A stretch of 64,000 bases of DNA, from positions 12,710,001 to 12,774,000 of the forward strand of contig NW_027361688.1 of NCBI RefSeq assembly GCF_039654945.1. Direction: 5' to 3'. Below, piece by piece: positions 1 to 11,954 of this stretch. Position 1 is the stretch's first letter; each line of letters starts with the position of its first letter. Origin of the DNA: Dendrobates tinctorius. Lineage: Eukaryota. Under the pieces are notes generated by a model. It had not been told where the DNA came from and made no database searches. It worked only from the letters and a program-made list of their open reading frames with translations. Made by a program: the position numbers and the translations under genes.

Positions 1-5
1 AATCT

Positions 6-3000
6 GTGTCTGTGGTGAGTTGGGGTTGTCGGTGTGCCCTTAGTGATGCTCCTGTTTTCTCCACCTCTCCCCAGTCGCATGATGTTCCTGACTATTTGGC
101 TGATTTTTATGATGTATTTAGTGAGAATGAGTCTGCGTCTTTGCCTCCTCATAGGAGTTATGACTGTGCAATTGAGCTGAGCCCTGGGTGTAAATTTCCC
201 AAGGGTCGGCTTTTCAATTTATCTGTACCCGAGCACAAGGCTATGCGATCCTATATTAAGGAGTCGTTGGAGAAGGGTCATATTAAACCATTCTCTTCAT
301 CCTTGGGTGCTGTTTTTTTTTTTCGTGGCCAAGAAAGATGGTTCATTAAGGCCTTGTATTGACTATCGTTCCCTCAACAAAATTACTGTTAAATATCAGT
401 ATCCGTTACCCCTGATTTCTGATCTATTTTCCAGAGTTAAAGGTGCTTGCTGGTTTACCAAGCTTCACCTCAGGGGGGCGTATAATCTTATTCGCATTAA
501 GCATGGGGATGAATGGAAGATGGCGTTTAATACTCCGGAGGGACATTTTGAGTACCTGGTGATGCCTTTTGGGCTCACTAATGCCCCTTCTGTCTTCCAG
601 TGCTTCATGAATTATATTTTCCGGGACTTTGTGGATAAATTTTTGATTATCTATCTGGATGATATTTTGATCTTCTCCAAGGATTGGGATTCTCATGTGG
701 AACATGTTCAGACTGTGTTCCGGATTTTGAGGGAAAATTCCCTGTATGTTAAGGGATCGAAATGCATTTTTGGTGTACAGAAGATTTCATTTTTGGGATT
801 TATTTTGTCTCAGTCAACTATTGAAATGGACCCGGCCAAGGTACAGGCCATTTATGATTGGGTTCAGCCCACTTCTTTGAAGCCCCCCAAGAAGGTTTTG
901 GGTTTTGCTAATTTTTATCGTAAATTTATAGCTAATTTTTCTGGTATTGCCAAACCATTGACTGATTTGACTAAGAAGGGTGCTGATGTGCTGAATTGGT
1001 CTCCGGAGGCTGTTTCTTCCTTTCAGGAGCTGAAGCGGAGGTTCACTTCTGCTCCGGTTTTGCGGCAACCTGATGTCTCACTCCCGTTTCAGGTAGAGGT
1101 GGACGCTTCTGAGATTGGTGCAGGAGCTGTTTTGTCCCAAAAAGATCCGGTAACATCTAAAATGAATCCCTGTGCTTTCTTTTCCCGAAAGTTCTCCCCA
1201 TCTGAACGCAACTATGATGTGGGGAATCGGGAACTGTTAGCCATGAAATGGGCATTTGAGGAGTGGAGACATTGGTTGGAGGGAGCTAGACATCAAGTCG
1301 TGGTCCTCACTGACCACAAGAATTTGATTTACCTTGAGTCGGCCAAACGCTTGAATCCTAGACAGGCTAGGTGGGCCTTGTTTTTCACACGTTTTGATTT
1401 TGTGGTCTCTTTTCTTCCGGGCACTAAGAATGTCAAGGCAGACTCCCTCTCTAGGAGTTTCTTTACTGATTCTCCTATTGTGACCAAGCCTGCTACCATC
1501 TTAGGTGAGGGGGTAGTTCTTTCTGCCATCTCACCCGATTTGAGACGTGCTCTGGAAGAATTTCAGGAGGACAAACCTGAGTGTTGTCCCATTGGAAAAT
1601 TGTATGTTCCTGACCAGTGGAGGAAGAGAGTAATGTCTGAAGTTCATTGCTCCGCATTGGCTGGTCATCCAGGTATTTTTGGTACTAGAGATTTGGTGAG
1701 TCGGTCTTTTTGGTGGCCCGCCTTGTCTCGTGATGTCAGGAATTTTGTGTAGTCCTGTGGGACTTGCTCCCGGTCTAAACCTTGTTCTCGCTCTAGTGGG
1801 TTGTTGATGCCTTTGCCAGTGCCCAGGAGGCCATGGACCCTTATTTCAATGGATTTTATTTCTGATCTGCCTGTCTCTCAGAGAATGACTGTTATCTGGG
1901 TGATTTGTGATAGATTCTCTAAGATGGTCCATCTTGTACCACTCCCTAAGTTGCCATCTTCCTCAGAGTTGGTGCCCTTGTTTTTGCAACAGGTGGTTCG
2001 CTTGCATGGGATTCCTGAGAACATTGTATCTGACAGAGGAGTTCAGTTTGTCTCTAGATTTTGGAGGACTTTTTGTTCCAAGCTGGGAATTCAGTTGTCC
2101 TTCTCCTCTGCGTTTCACCCTCAGACCAATGGGCAGACGGAGAGAACAAACTAGACTTTGGAGTCTTATTTGAGATGTTTTATCTCTGCTGATCAGGATG
2201 ATTGGGTCTCATTTTTGCCCTTGGCCTAATTTGCTTTAAATAATAGAGCTAGTTCTGCCACTTTGATGTCACCTTTCTTTTGTTACTTTGGGTTTCATCC
2301 TCGATTCTCTTCAGGGCAGGTGGAGTCTTCTGCCTGCCCAGGTGTTGACACTGTGGTGGAGAGAATGCACCAGATTTGGGACCAAGTGGTGGATAAGTTG
2401 TCTCTCTCCCAGGAAAAGGCCCAGCAGTTTTCCAACCGGCATAGGACCATTGGTCCCTGGTTTAAGGTGGGTGATATGGTTTGGTTGTCATCAAAGAATA
2501 TCTCTATGAAGGTGGCTTCTCCAAAGTTTAAACCTAGATTTATTGGACCTTACAAGATTTTGGAGATTCTTAATCCGGTCTCTTTTCGATTGGCTCTTCC
2601 TGTTACATTTAAGATCCATAACATGTTTCATAAGTCTCTGTTGAAGAGATTTGTTGAGCCAGTAGTTCCTGTGGTGGCACCTCCTGACCCTGTATTGGTT
2701 GAAGGTAATGTGAAATATGAGGTTGAGAAGATACTGGATTCTCGTCTGGCTAGACGGAGACTCCAGTATTTGGTTAAGTGGAAAGGTTATGGCCAGGAGG
2801 ATAATTCTTGGGTCTCTGCATCCGATATTCATGCCGAAAGATTGGTTCGTACTTTTCATCGGGCCCATCCTGATCGGCCTGGTGGCGTCGATGAGGGTTC
2901 GGTGACCCCTCCTCAAGGGGGAGGTACTGTTGTGAGCTCAGTTTCTCGTTCACCTTTGATGTCCAATGAACTCCCTCTGCTGGTGAAGGGAGGTCGTGAA

Positions 3001-3078
3001 GCTGATTTGGATGGGAGAGACCTGTCACCTGAACAGGTGGATTGCGATTGGACATCCGGAATCTCTGAGTGGATATAA
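6..3078 (+). pseudogene. Disrupted Gypsy pol (RT-RNaseH-IN-chromodomain)
   Basis: ORF pieces 6-362, 307-1752, 1801-2154 and 2263-3078. Frameshift in the poly-T near 313-323, in-frame stops at 1750, 2152 and 2228. The first RT catalytic Asp reads FTKLHLRGAY (family consensus ...KLDL...). Confidence 0.9.
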
Positions 3079-3758
3079 GGCAGCCGACGCCCTGTAGGGT
3101 TGCTGGTGATTTCTCTGCTCTGAGCTCTGGCCTCCAGTTCGGTTCCTGTCTTCTAAAGCTAAGTTTTGCTCTGTTACTGTTCCATGAGATTTTATATGAT
3201 TTGCTTAGTTTTGTGTTCAGCCAGCACCGGCTGGGGCTTTGCTGAATTTCCATTTTTGTCCCTGATCGGTTAAATCTCTTTTGATCTGTCTTCAGAATAT
3301 ATCGGAGTGCTGATATAGGGATTTTGAAATCTAGTGACTTCAGGGCCGTTTTTCCTATCAGACGTGTTGGGACATTTTTGGTAGGGTTTTTGCGGATTGC
3401 AGCCAACATCTTTTCTGCCCTTTCCTATCTAGATAGTTGGGCCCCATCGTTTGCTCTGCCTGTCTTTCTGTCTGTGTTTGTGTTTTCATCTGTTTTCACC
3501 GACAGTACATGTTGGGGGCTGTCTATTGCTTTGGGGTCTGCTCTGGGGCAGTTTAGATTTCCCCTTTCTTTCTTTAGGCTTATTTAGCTCTCCGGCTGTG
3601 AAGAGGTGTCTAGGACCACCGTAGGCACGCTTCATGGCTACTGTTAGTTGCTGTGAATAGGATCAGGGGTCTGCAATCCGCTAGCTACCAACCTCTCCGG
3701 TTTTCTGGACCTAGCTTGCATTTTTGCTTTTTCCTTCTCCGGTGACTCATTCATAACT
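2928..3758 (+). repeat. 3' LTR of the Gypsy element
   Basis: Starts TGTTGTGA after the PPT, contains a TATA-like GATATAAGG (~3072) and ends GGTGACTCATTCATAACT. Similar along its length to the solo LTR at 5903-6698. Confidence 0.85.
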
Positions 3759-4580
3759 GCTTGGGCCCTAAATTCATCATGTCTGCCATGGCCTTTTGAC
3801 TATGAGTACTACTCGGATAGCTGTCCAGCAGACAACCCCTCTTGAATTAACACTATTAGATAACACACAAAGCTAAAAATACATGATAGAAAGTTCTTTA
3901 ACTAGTAAGCCCCTTTCTCTTACCAAAAGGAGCACATTAAAAGGAGTTCTCAACTTTTCGAAATCACTTTTTGACAGAGAAAAAAAAAGTAGACTCATAG
4001 CGATCACCTATAATTCACAGAAGAACCTGGTAGCAAGTGTTTCATTCTTCTACAGCACTGCCACAGGTCAGAAGAGGTATTACACTGCACTATTGAAATC
4101 AAAGGACTGTGTGTGTGTAATACACAATCATGTAGGGTCTTCCATAGCAAGATACACTCTTTAAGAGCACTCTTCACTCTGGCTAACATATAAAAGGTCC
4201 TCAATGGAAGAAATGACCTCTCTTTAGGGCAGTGAGCAACCCTTTTTAGAAGGTGCATAACGATCGCGGTTGCAGAGGGTGGAGGACCCGCCGACACCAG
4301 CGCAAACTTCAACTATATGTGCGACCCGCCAGGTCTGTGCATTGCAATACATCATGCCAGCCAGAAGCCAGTAGCTGACATTGGCATGCACGTGACTAAG
4401 GGTGCATGGTAGTCACGTCATGCGATCCAGTTGCTGACGTCAGTCAGAAGATGCAGTGCGGCGGGGGAGTGGATGCGAGGGGATTATAATTGTTTATCTT
4501 TTTATGCATTAAAGAACCAGCATGTGGGATGTATATACAAAAGGATGGGGCCCAGAATAAGGGCAAATATACCAGGATGT

Positions 4581-5172
4581 TGTCACGTCCTCCTGAGAGA
4601 TATGAGGTTAGAAAATCATTAAGTAGTGTGAATCGCAGGTCTTCCATTTAGCCTGTGTGTTTCCTGTCCCATATTACGTAGATTTTTTTCCTTTGGTGCT
4701 GAAGAGGTTAACGACCCTTTCTATGCTGATTGGAAACATGCAGATCCATCTCACAGCTGCTCCTGACCTGGTCATTTCTTCTTTCTATAAAAATCTGGCC
4801 AGACCTTCTCTTCCTCGACAGTGAAAGTTTACTTCCTGGTTCCCTGGAGTTACTGTGCTGAGTTGGAGAACGTTTTTTGCTGCTAGAGATTGTTGTATGT
4901 TGTTTTTGGGTGTATACTTTCCTCTTTGTACTATTCCCATTTGTTTTGCTCATTCCTACCCTTCCCTATATACCTCTCTACCTTTGGTGAATGTTTTGTA
5001 TGTTAGCTGCTTTTGTTATCTGTTTTCTTACGTGTTTAGACACTAGCATTTCTGTCTCAGGCCTCCTGAGGGAGGGGACCGCTTAGGGGATAACAGTAAG
5101 GTACGTGGCCCAAACCTCCTCACCATCAGAGGTACCTTTCCCAAATCAAGTACAATCACAGAGTGACAGACA
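4581..5172. mobile_element. Solo LTR (unrelated family)
   Basis: TGTCAC...GTGACAGACA termini flanked by 5-bp TSD GATGT (4576-4580 / 5173-5177). Internal CTATAAAA. Interrupts an ATACCAGGATG-type repeat. Confidence 0.7.
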
Positions 5173-5274
5173 GATGTGCCCTGGATGAGGGACATATATA
5201 GAGTATACCAGGATGGGAAACATCAGGATGCACCCAGGATGGGGGACATACCAGAAAGGAGGACATATATATAT

Positions 5275-5306
<32 letters not shown>

Positions 5307-5653
5307 AAATATTATATTATATAATATCAGGATGGAGACAAAATGGGGGGCATTACTACATAATTGGGGAGGGGGTGCAACGTGTATGTCCTTATAGGAT
5401 TTAGAACACTATAACGGTCCATATACAGTCATATGTTAACGTTTGGGCACCCCTATTAATGTTATCCTTTTTTCTTTATAACAATTTTGGTTTTTGCAAC
5501 AGCTATTTCAGTTTCATATATCTAATAACTGATGGACTAAGTTATATTTCTGGATTCAAATGAGGTTTATTGTACTAACAGAAAATGTGCAATCTGCTTT
5601 TAAACAAAATTTGACCGGTGCAAAAGTATGGGCACCTCAACATAAAAGTGACA

Positions 5654-7470
5654 TTAATATTTCGTAGATCCTCCTTTTGCAAAAATAACAGCCTCTAGTT
5701 GCTTCCTGTAGCTATTAATGAGTTCCTGGATCCTGGATGAAGGTATTTGTGACCATTCTTGTTTACAAAACAATTCCAGTTCAGTTAAGTTTGATGGTCG
5801 CCGAGCATGGACAGCCCGCTTCAAATCATCCCACAGATGTTCAATGATATTCAGGTCTGGGGACTGGGATGGCCATTCCAGAACATGGTAATTGTTCCTC
5901 TGTGTTATGATTGAGTCACCCTAGGAGGCAGACACAAAAATAGAAGCTACGTCCAGAAAACCAGAGAAGTTGGCAACTATCAGATTGCAGACCCCTGAAC
6001 CTATCAACACAACTAGCAGTAGCTGTGGTGGGTTCCTACGGTGCCCTAGACCCCTTGATCACAGCCGGAGAGCTAAATAGCCTAAAGACAGAAAAGGAAA
6101 TCTAAACTGCCCTAGAGCAGACCCCAAAGTAAAAGACAGCCCCCAACATATAATGACGGTGAAGCAAGATGAAAAAACACTCACACAGATAGAAAGATAG
6201 GCTGAGCAAACGATGGGGCCCAAGCTAACTAAACAGAACAGGAAAGGAAGGTTGCTGTCTGCAATCTGCCAAAACCCTATCAAAAACATAAGCCAACAAG
6301 CTGATATGGAAAAAGACCCTGAAGCAGCTAGGCTTCAAAAACTAAATCAGCACTCAGGTATTTTCAGAAGACAGAGCTAAAGGAATTCAGCTCACCCCAG
6401 CAGGGAATGGCAGAAATCCAGAAAAACAAAGCAAAACAAAGTCAAAGCACAAATGCAAAAAGCCGAGCAGAAAACTTAGCTTTAGAAGAGCAGGAATTCA
6501 GACTGGTCTCCAAGGATCCCACAGAGAAATCACCCGCAGGGCAGAAGGGCGTCGGCGGCCTTATATCCAGTCAGTAACTCCACTCAGCCAGTCATCATCA
6601 TTAGGCTCAGGTGTTTGATAATCAGCTCACTACCTTTCTTTACCAGAAGAGGGAGTTCATCGGGCCTCAGTAGTGAAGGGGAAAATGAACTCACAACACC
6701 TCTGCATGAATGCCTGAGTAGATTTGGAGCGGTGTTTTAGATGATTGTCTTGCTGAAATATCCATCCCCTGCGTAACTTCAACTTCGTCACTGATTCTTG
6801 CACATTATTGTCAAGAATCTGCTGATACTGAGTTGAATCCATGCGACCCTCAACTTTAACAGGATTCCCAGTGCCGGCATTGGCCCCAAAGCATGATGGA
6901 ACCTCCACCAAATTTTACTGTGGGTAGCAAGTGTTTTTCTTGGAATGCTGTTTTTTTTAGCCTCCATGCATAACGCCTTTTTGTATGACCAAACAACTCA
7001 ATCTTTGTTTCATCAGTCCACAGGACCTTCTTCCAAAATGTAACTGGCTTGTCCTAATGTGCTTTTGCATACCTCAGGCGACTCTGTTTGTGGCGTGCTT
7101 GCAGAAACGGCTTCTTTCGCATCACTCTCCCATACAGCTTCTCCTTGTGCAAAGTGCGCTGTATTGTTGACCGATGCACAGTGACACCATCTGCAGTAAG
7201 ATGAGGCTGCCGGTCTTTGGAGGTGGTCTGTGGATTGTCCTTGACTGTTCTCACCATTCTTCTTCTCTGCCTTTCTGATATTTTTCTTGGCCTGCCACTT
7301 CTGGGCTTAACAAGAATTGTACCTGTGTTCTTCCATTTCCTTACTATGTTCCTCACAGTGGAAACTGACAGGTTAAATCTCAGAGACAACTTTTTGTATC
7401 CTTCCCCTGAAAAGCTATGTTGAATAATCTTTGTTTTCAGATCATTTGAGAGTTGTTTTGAGGAGCCCAT
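5654..7470 (-). pseudogene. Tc1 transposase pseudogene
   Basis: MGSSKQLSNDLK...HTH, GRPRK, premature stop at 7054, WIFQQDN, then [15 protein letters not shown]...TKY* beyond the LTR insertion. Confidence 0.9.
5903..6698 (-). mobile_element. Solo LTR related to the 2928-3758 Gypsy LTR, inserted in the Tc1 transposase
   Basis: Reverse complement reads TGTTGTGAG...GGTGACTCAATCATAACA. Flanked by duplicated CCTCTG (5897-5902 / 6699-6704). Confidence 0.9.
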
Positions 7471-10400
7471 GATGCCACTCTTCATAGGAGAATCAAATAG
7501 GAGAACTACTTGCAAGTGGCCACCTTAAATACCTTTTCTCATGATTTGATACACCTGGCTATGAAGTTCAAAGCTCAATGAGGTTACAAAACCAATTTAG
7601 TGCTTCAGAAAGTCAATAAAAAGTAGTTAGGAGTGTTCAAATCAAGAAAATGATAAGGGTGCCCATAATTTTGCACCGGTCAAATTTTGTTTAAATGCAG
7701 ATTGCACATTTTCTGTTAGTGCAATAAACCTCATTTGAATCCAGAAATATAACTGAGTCCATCAGTTATTAGATATATGAAACTGAAATAGCTGTTGCAA
7801 AAACCAAAATTGTTATAAAGAAAAAAGGTTAACATTAATAGGGGTGCCCAAACTTTTACATATGACTGTATCTGATCAGCATAGGTGGTGGGAGGCCCAT
7901 GTCCAGATCTTGCCACTGCCTTTAAGTTATCATCAGTCTATTCTTGGATAAACCTTTGTCCGAATGTCTTACCTCACCAGCCCAAAACTTCTATATCAAT
8001 CTCAGGTCGAAATCTTTAAGCAGCTGCCACGTCCACGCCGGAGACCAAACTGCTAATATACATCTGCAATGTCTAGGAAATACAAATGTGACCCGAATAA
8101 AAGCTGCAGGCCGTCACTTCCTCTTCCTGTGCGACAAGTGACAGTGAAGAAAATCGTGTTTGAGGCAAGAACACAAACTTCCCCATTCGGCTGTAAACGA
8201 GAAGTACAAATCTGACCGTGATGAAATATCAAAAGGAAACTGACCAAAAAAATAAAGTGAACATTCCTTTAATCTGGCATCAATAGAATTTAAAAAGAGT
8301 TGGATTATCAGATATTTTCTGGATTATCAAATTAGTCATTGAGACAGATGGAGAAAATCCAGAAGGACAAGCACGACATAATGTGCCATTCTAGAAAATG
8401 TTGCTGTCTTGGCCAAGACTTCTGCTTTTGGATTTGGGAAATTCCAGATTTTGCTGCAGATCTGAGCTGGTAACAAATGTTGGATTATCAATGTCAGAAG
8501 GGTGGGGATCTGACACCATCACCACGATCAGCCGGAGCAAGAACACAGCGCCGTACACCATGTAGTGGCCATCAATTTCTGGATGGTTGGCAACCGAGGT
8601 CCAGCCACAAGTAGCTGGCAGAGACAGGGAGAGAGATGATACAGATGATGTTTGGGAATAGCCCACTTTGGGAGGGGTTAATGCCAGGAAAGGGAGATTA
8701 CTTCCTGAGTAGTCAGTGAGAAGTTGGTGAGCGAGGAGTGTGCAGCGCCGTCAAAGGGTGATCCACAGCTAGGAGACGGGAACTGACAGAAAAGACAGAG
8801 TGGCTTTCCACGTTAAAGGGATCCTTGGATAGGACGACGTGTAAAGAGAAACCCCGAGCTTGATAAACACTCAAGGTACAGACCTAAAGAAAACAGACTG
8901 TGGGACTAGTGAAGGTCCTGAAGGGCGGATCCAAGGCGTCCATAGTGATAGGATGTGGAGCCGCCGAGAGGTGAAGAGAAACTCGCTGCACTGTACTGTA
9001 GTGGCACTCTAGCCTCTGATGAAGTAGAGCGAAACATTGTGCTGTACCGGCCCTGGAGTAGACTACAGTGGAAGGAAACGATGTCTGTGAAAAAGCTTCT
9101 TGCTGTTAATCAAACATGCTGAAGACTGTGTACTCGCTTATTCCTTGTGCATAACCCTTATTTTGTTCAGTAAAGTTCCCATGTTTGCACAGAGGGGCAT
9201 CAAAGAAAAGGGATCCTGTGGGGTCAGAAAAATCTAAAATTCATCCCTGGCTCCTGTACTCATGTGTTTCATCTCAAGTGATAGGTCTGAGGAATTAATA
9301 TAGTAAGTAACCTGGAAACCAACTAGGCCCAAAGCCCGGCAATAAAGCGTAGTAAATCACTCACCCGGCCTGCTTAATAAATAGGATTAGAGTAATTCAT
9401 TATTTCTCAAGCAGCAAACTGTCACGGATGGAATAAAGCCTAAAAAGGAGGCTCCCTTTATGATGTGCGACCATTTTGATAGGTCGTCCGTGTATTTACA
9501 GAGCACGGAAGACATATCTGGAAACATCACATTTTTTTCAGGCCCCATCCAAAAACAGTCTAGAAATCAGCAAATCTTGAACGTTTTTGGGGGCCTACGG
9601 TCTATTAAAAGGGACAGAACGGAGCCCAGAAGTTTCTGCGGGACTAACTTTCTTGGATTCCAAAATCAGCGTCGGAGCCCGCATCAAAAGCCTAAAGATA
9701 CATCAAGGTTTATGAAGGGGTTAAACGCACAGTCCCTCATTAAGGTGCTTTCTGACGTCTCATTTTTTGGAAGACAAAAAACGTTTTAAAGAGGCGGTTT
9801 GGGGTTTTTAGTATGATTTTTTTTTTTTTTTTTAAGCCATTTTTGCCACATTAGCGTTTTGGGCGTTAGTGCTTTAAATTTCAAAATCACATGTTTTTGG
9901 TATAGTAGGGACTACGCGAAGTTTTTCTTTCGTATACCTTTTTTTTATTCTTTAATTTTTGTTCCAGTATGAACAAAAAAAATTTTTTTAAAAATAGCAG
10001 CCAATTTTTTTTTTTTTTTAGAGAAGATAGACAGATTCCGCTTATGAAAATTAATGGCAGGTGGAGCTTCACTGTCACAATGCCTTAAAAAATAAAATAA
10101 AAAAGTAATAACACACCTTACAGTCTGTATCCCACATCATATTTTATTATAGTCATATTTAACATATTTCCAGTGAATAAATACACGAACACGTAATACA
10201 AAAAAAAGGCGCGAAAACCCTCCCAACATAAATAGCTCTAGAAATAAAGATGGATCCACACAGGAGCGGAACTCTTCTCTATGTGGGCTTCCATCAGGCA
10301 CACAGGGTAATGATTAGTAATACATTATAGGTATTCAGTATTACATGGCTCTTTGGTATAAATTAGAAAAAACACCAGTCCTGATATGATCATTCCAGTA

Positions 10401-10719
10401 TTAACAAAGCAAAAACATTTGTAATGATTGCAGAAAAAAAAACCATTTAAAAGTATTTCAATTTTTTTGTATTTTCACAAAACAGCGCCACTCCAGTGTA
10501 CGGGCTGTGTCAGGTATTGCAGGGGTCAAAAAAAAAAAAAAAAAAAAAATGGTTTCTCATAAAATAAATAAAAGTAAATACAAGTCATTTTCAAGTAATT
10601 TCTTAGCATAAGCCATGCCGGGGAGATTGGATGACCACAAATATGGCCGGCCCGGATGTCCTAGTTAAAGGGGTGGCACAGGTTTAGATAAAAATGGCTA
10701 CTTTGGCTGTAGCATCGCT

Positions 10720-11385
10720 TGGAGAACTGATTGACATAGTGTTTGACGAGTGTGACCAACTTTTTACTATTGAGGCTGCCTGTGCGGCATCAGTAGTAAA
10801 CGACAGAATGTTAAAAATAGTTAAAAAAAAATAATTAAAAAAATCGTGATATTCTCCCCTTCCGGCGTCCCCGATCCTCGCGATGCTCCCGTTCCCAGCG
10901 ATGCCTTGCAACAATGACCCCAGATGACGTAGCATCACGCGAGACCGCTACGTCATCAAAGGTCATTGTCGCAAGGCATCGCTGGGAACGGGAGCATCGC
11001 GAGGATCGGGGACGCCAGAATGGGAGAATATCACGATTTTTTACTTTAATTCTAGTTTTTATAGGGATATGGTACCCAGGACCTGGAGGACAGTCTCCTC
11101 TCCTCCGGACCGTGGGTACCATCCGCACATTTTCCGCATACTTTGCGCATGGTGGGCACAGCCACATGCGGAAAGTAAGCGGATCAATGCATTCCTACGT
11201 GTGCGGAATCCCCGCCATTCCGCACAAAGAATGAGCATGCGGCGGAATCACATCGCGAAAAAATACGCAGCATTAGCACAGCATGTGCGGAATGCCATTG
11301 AAGTCAATGGTTTGCTTATTTTATGCGAAAAAACGAGGCAAAAACGCATAAAATCCGCGGGAATTCCGCACGTGTGCACATAGGC
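10720..11385. mobile_element. Harbinger-like non-autonomous element fragment with a ~205-bp internal palindrome (10838-11042)
   Basis: Near-perfect hairpin. Right terminus CGTGTGCACATAGGC resembles the termini of the elements at 35786 and 43261. Left boundary is approximate. Confidence 0.6.
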
Positions 11386-11954
11386 TCAATTTTATATTTA
11401 AAACTCTTTTCTTTTAAGGAATGGAAATTTATGTCGGGCCGAGAATCTCGCCATTACCTGCGGATGTTACTAAGTAATACAAAGAGCGTTGATGAATAAT
11501 TCAGGGGCCGCGGACCTGAATTTCACTTTGACTGTGCAGCATTCAAGACGTTCGGAAAAAGGAGCAGACCGGGACCGAGACCTTCTACACAACCCGTCAT
11601 TATGGAGCGGAGGCTCATTTACTATTGTACGTAGATAAAAAGGCGCACTCACCACCGGACATTAAAATAAGCGTTATCTGCAGTTCCAAACAGAGCTCGT
11701 GTAGACAATTTGGCTGACAGATGTTTCGCATGCAAGTTACGCTTCGTCGGAGCCTCAGAGGAAGCGCGACTCCCATGCGAAACGGCGATTAGTCCCTACC
11801 CATATAGTTTAGGTGAACTACATTTTCCAGACATAAGTGATAAAGTTATTATATGTGATAGCTGAAAACGTGGAGGAGTGACTCCTGAAACAACATTTAT
11901 ATTCAGTCTTTAAGAAAAAATAAAAACTATAGTCTTTTTGGGGGGGGCGGTGTC

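Larger units (their letters stand above)
1..3758 (+). mobile_element. Ty3/Gypsy chromovirus-type LTR retrotransposon, 3' portion (pol + PPT + 3' LTR); begins before the window
   Basis: RT (YLDDILIFS), RNase H (EVDAS...RELLAMK...TDHKNL), integrase (GHPG/C-x2-C, SMDFISDLP, IVSDRGVQF, QTERTN) and chromodomain (YEVEKILDSR...YLVKWKGY) in Gypsy order. PPT AAGGGGGAGG lies just before the LTR start TGTTGTGA at 2928. Confidence 0.95.
5426..7868 (-). mobile_element. Tc1/mariner transposon with ~210-bp TIRs, interrupted by a solo LTR
   Basis: TA|CAGTCATATG...CATATGACTG|TA. TIRs at 5426-~5636 and ~7658-7868. Transposase remnants on the - strand. Confidence 0.95.

Noticed and set aside
9016-9045. CTGATGA...GAAAC hammerhead-like core
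   Set aside because: Stem II is very weak, the cleavage triplet would be GUG, and there is no stem I pairing.
8383-9420. Possible LTR or DIRS remnant
   Set aside because: Composition is suggestive, but I could not define termini, a TSD or coding remnants.
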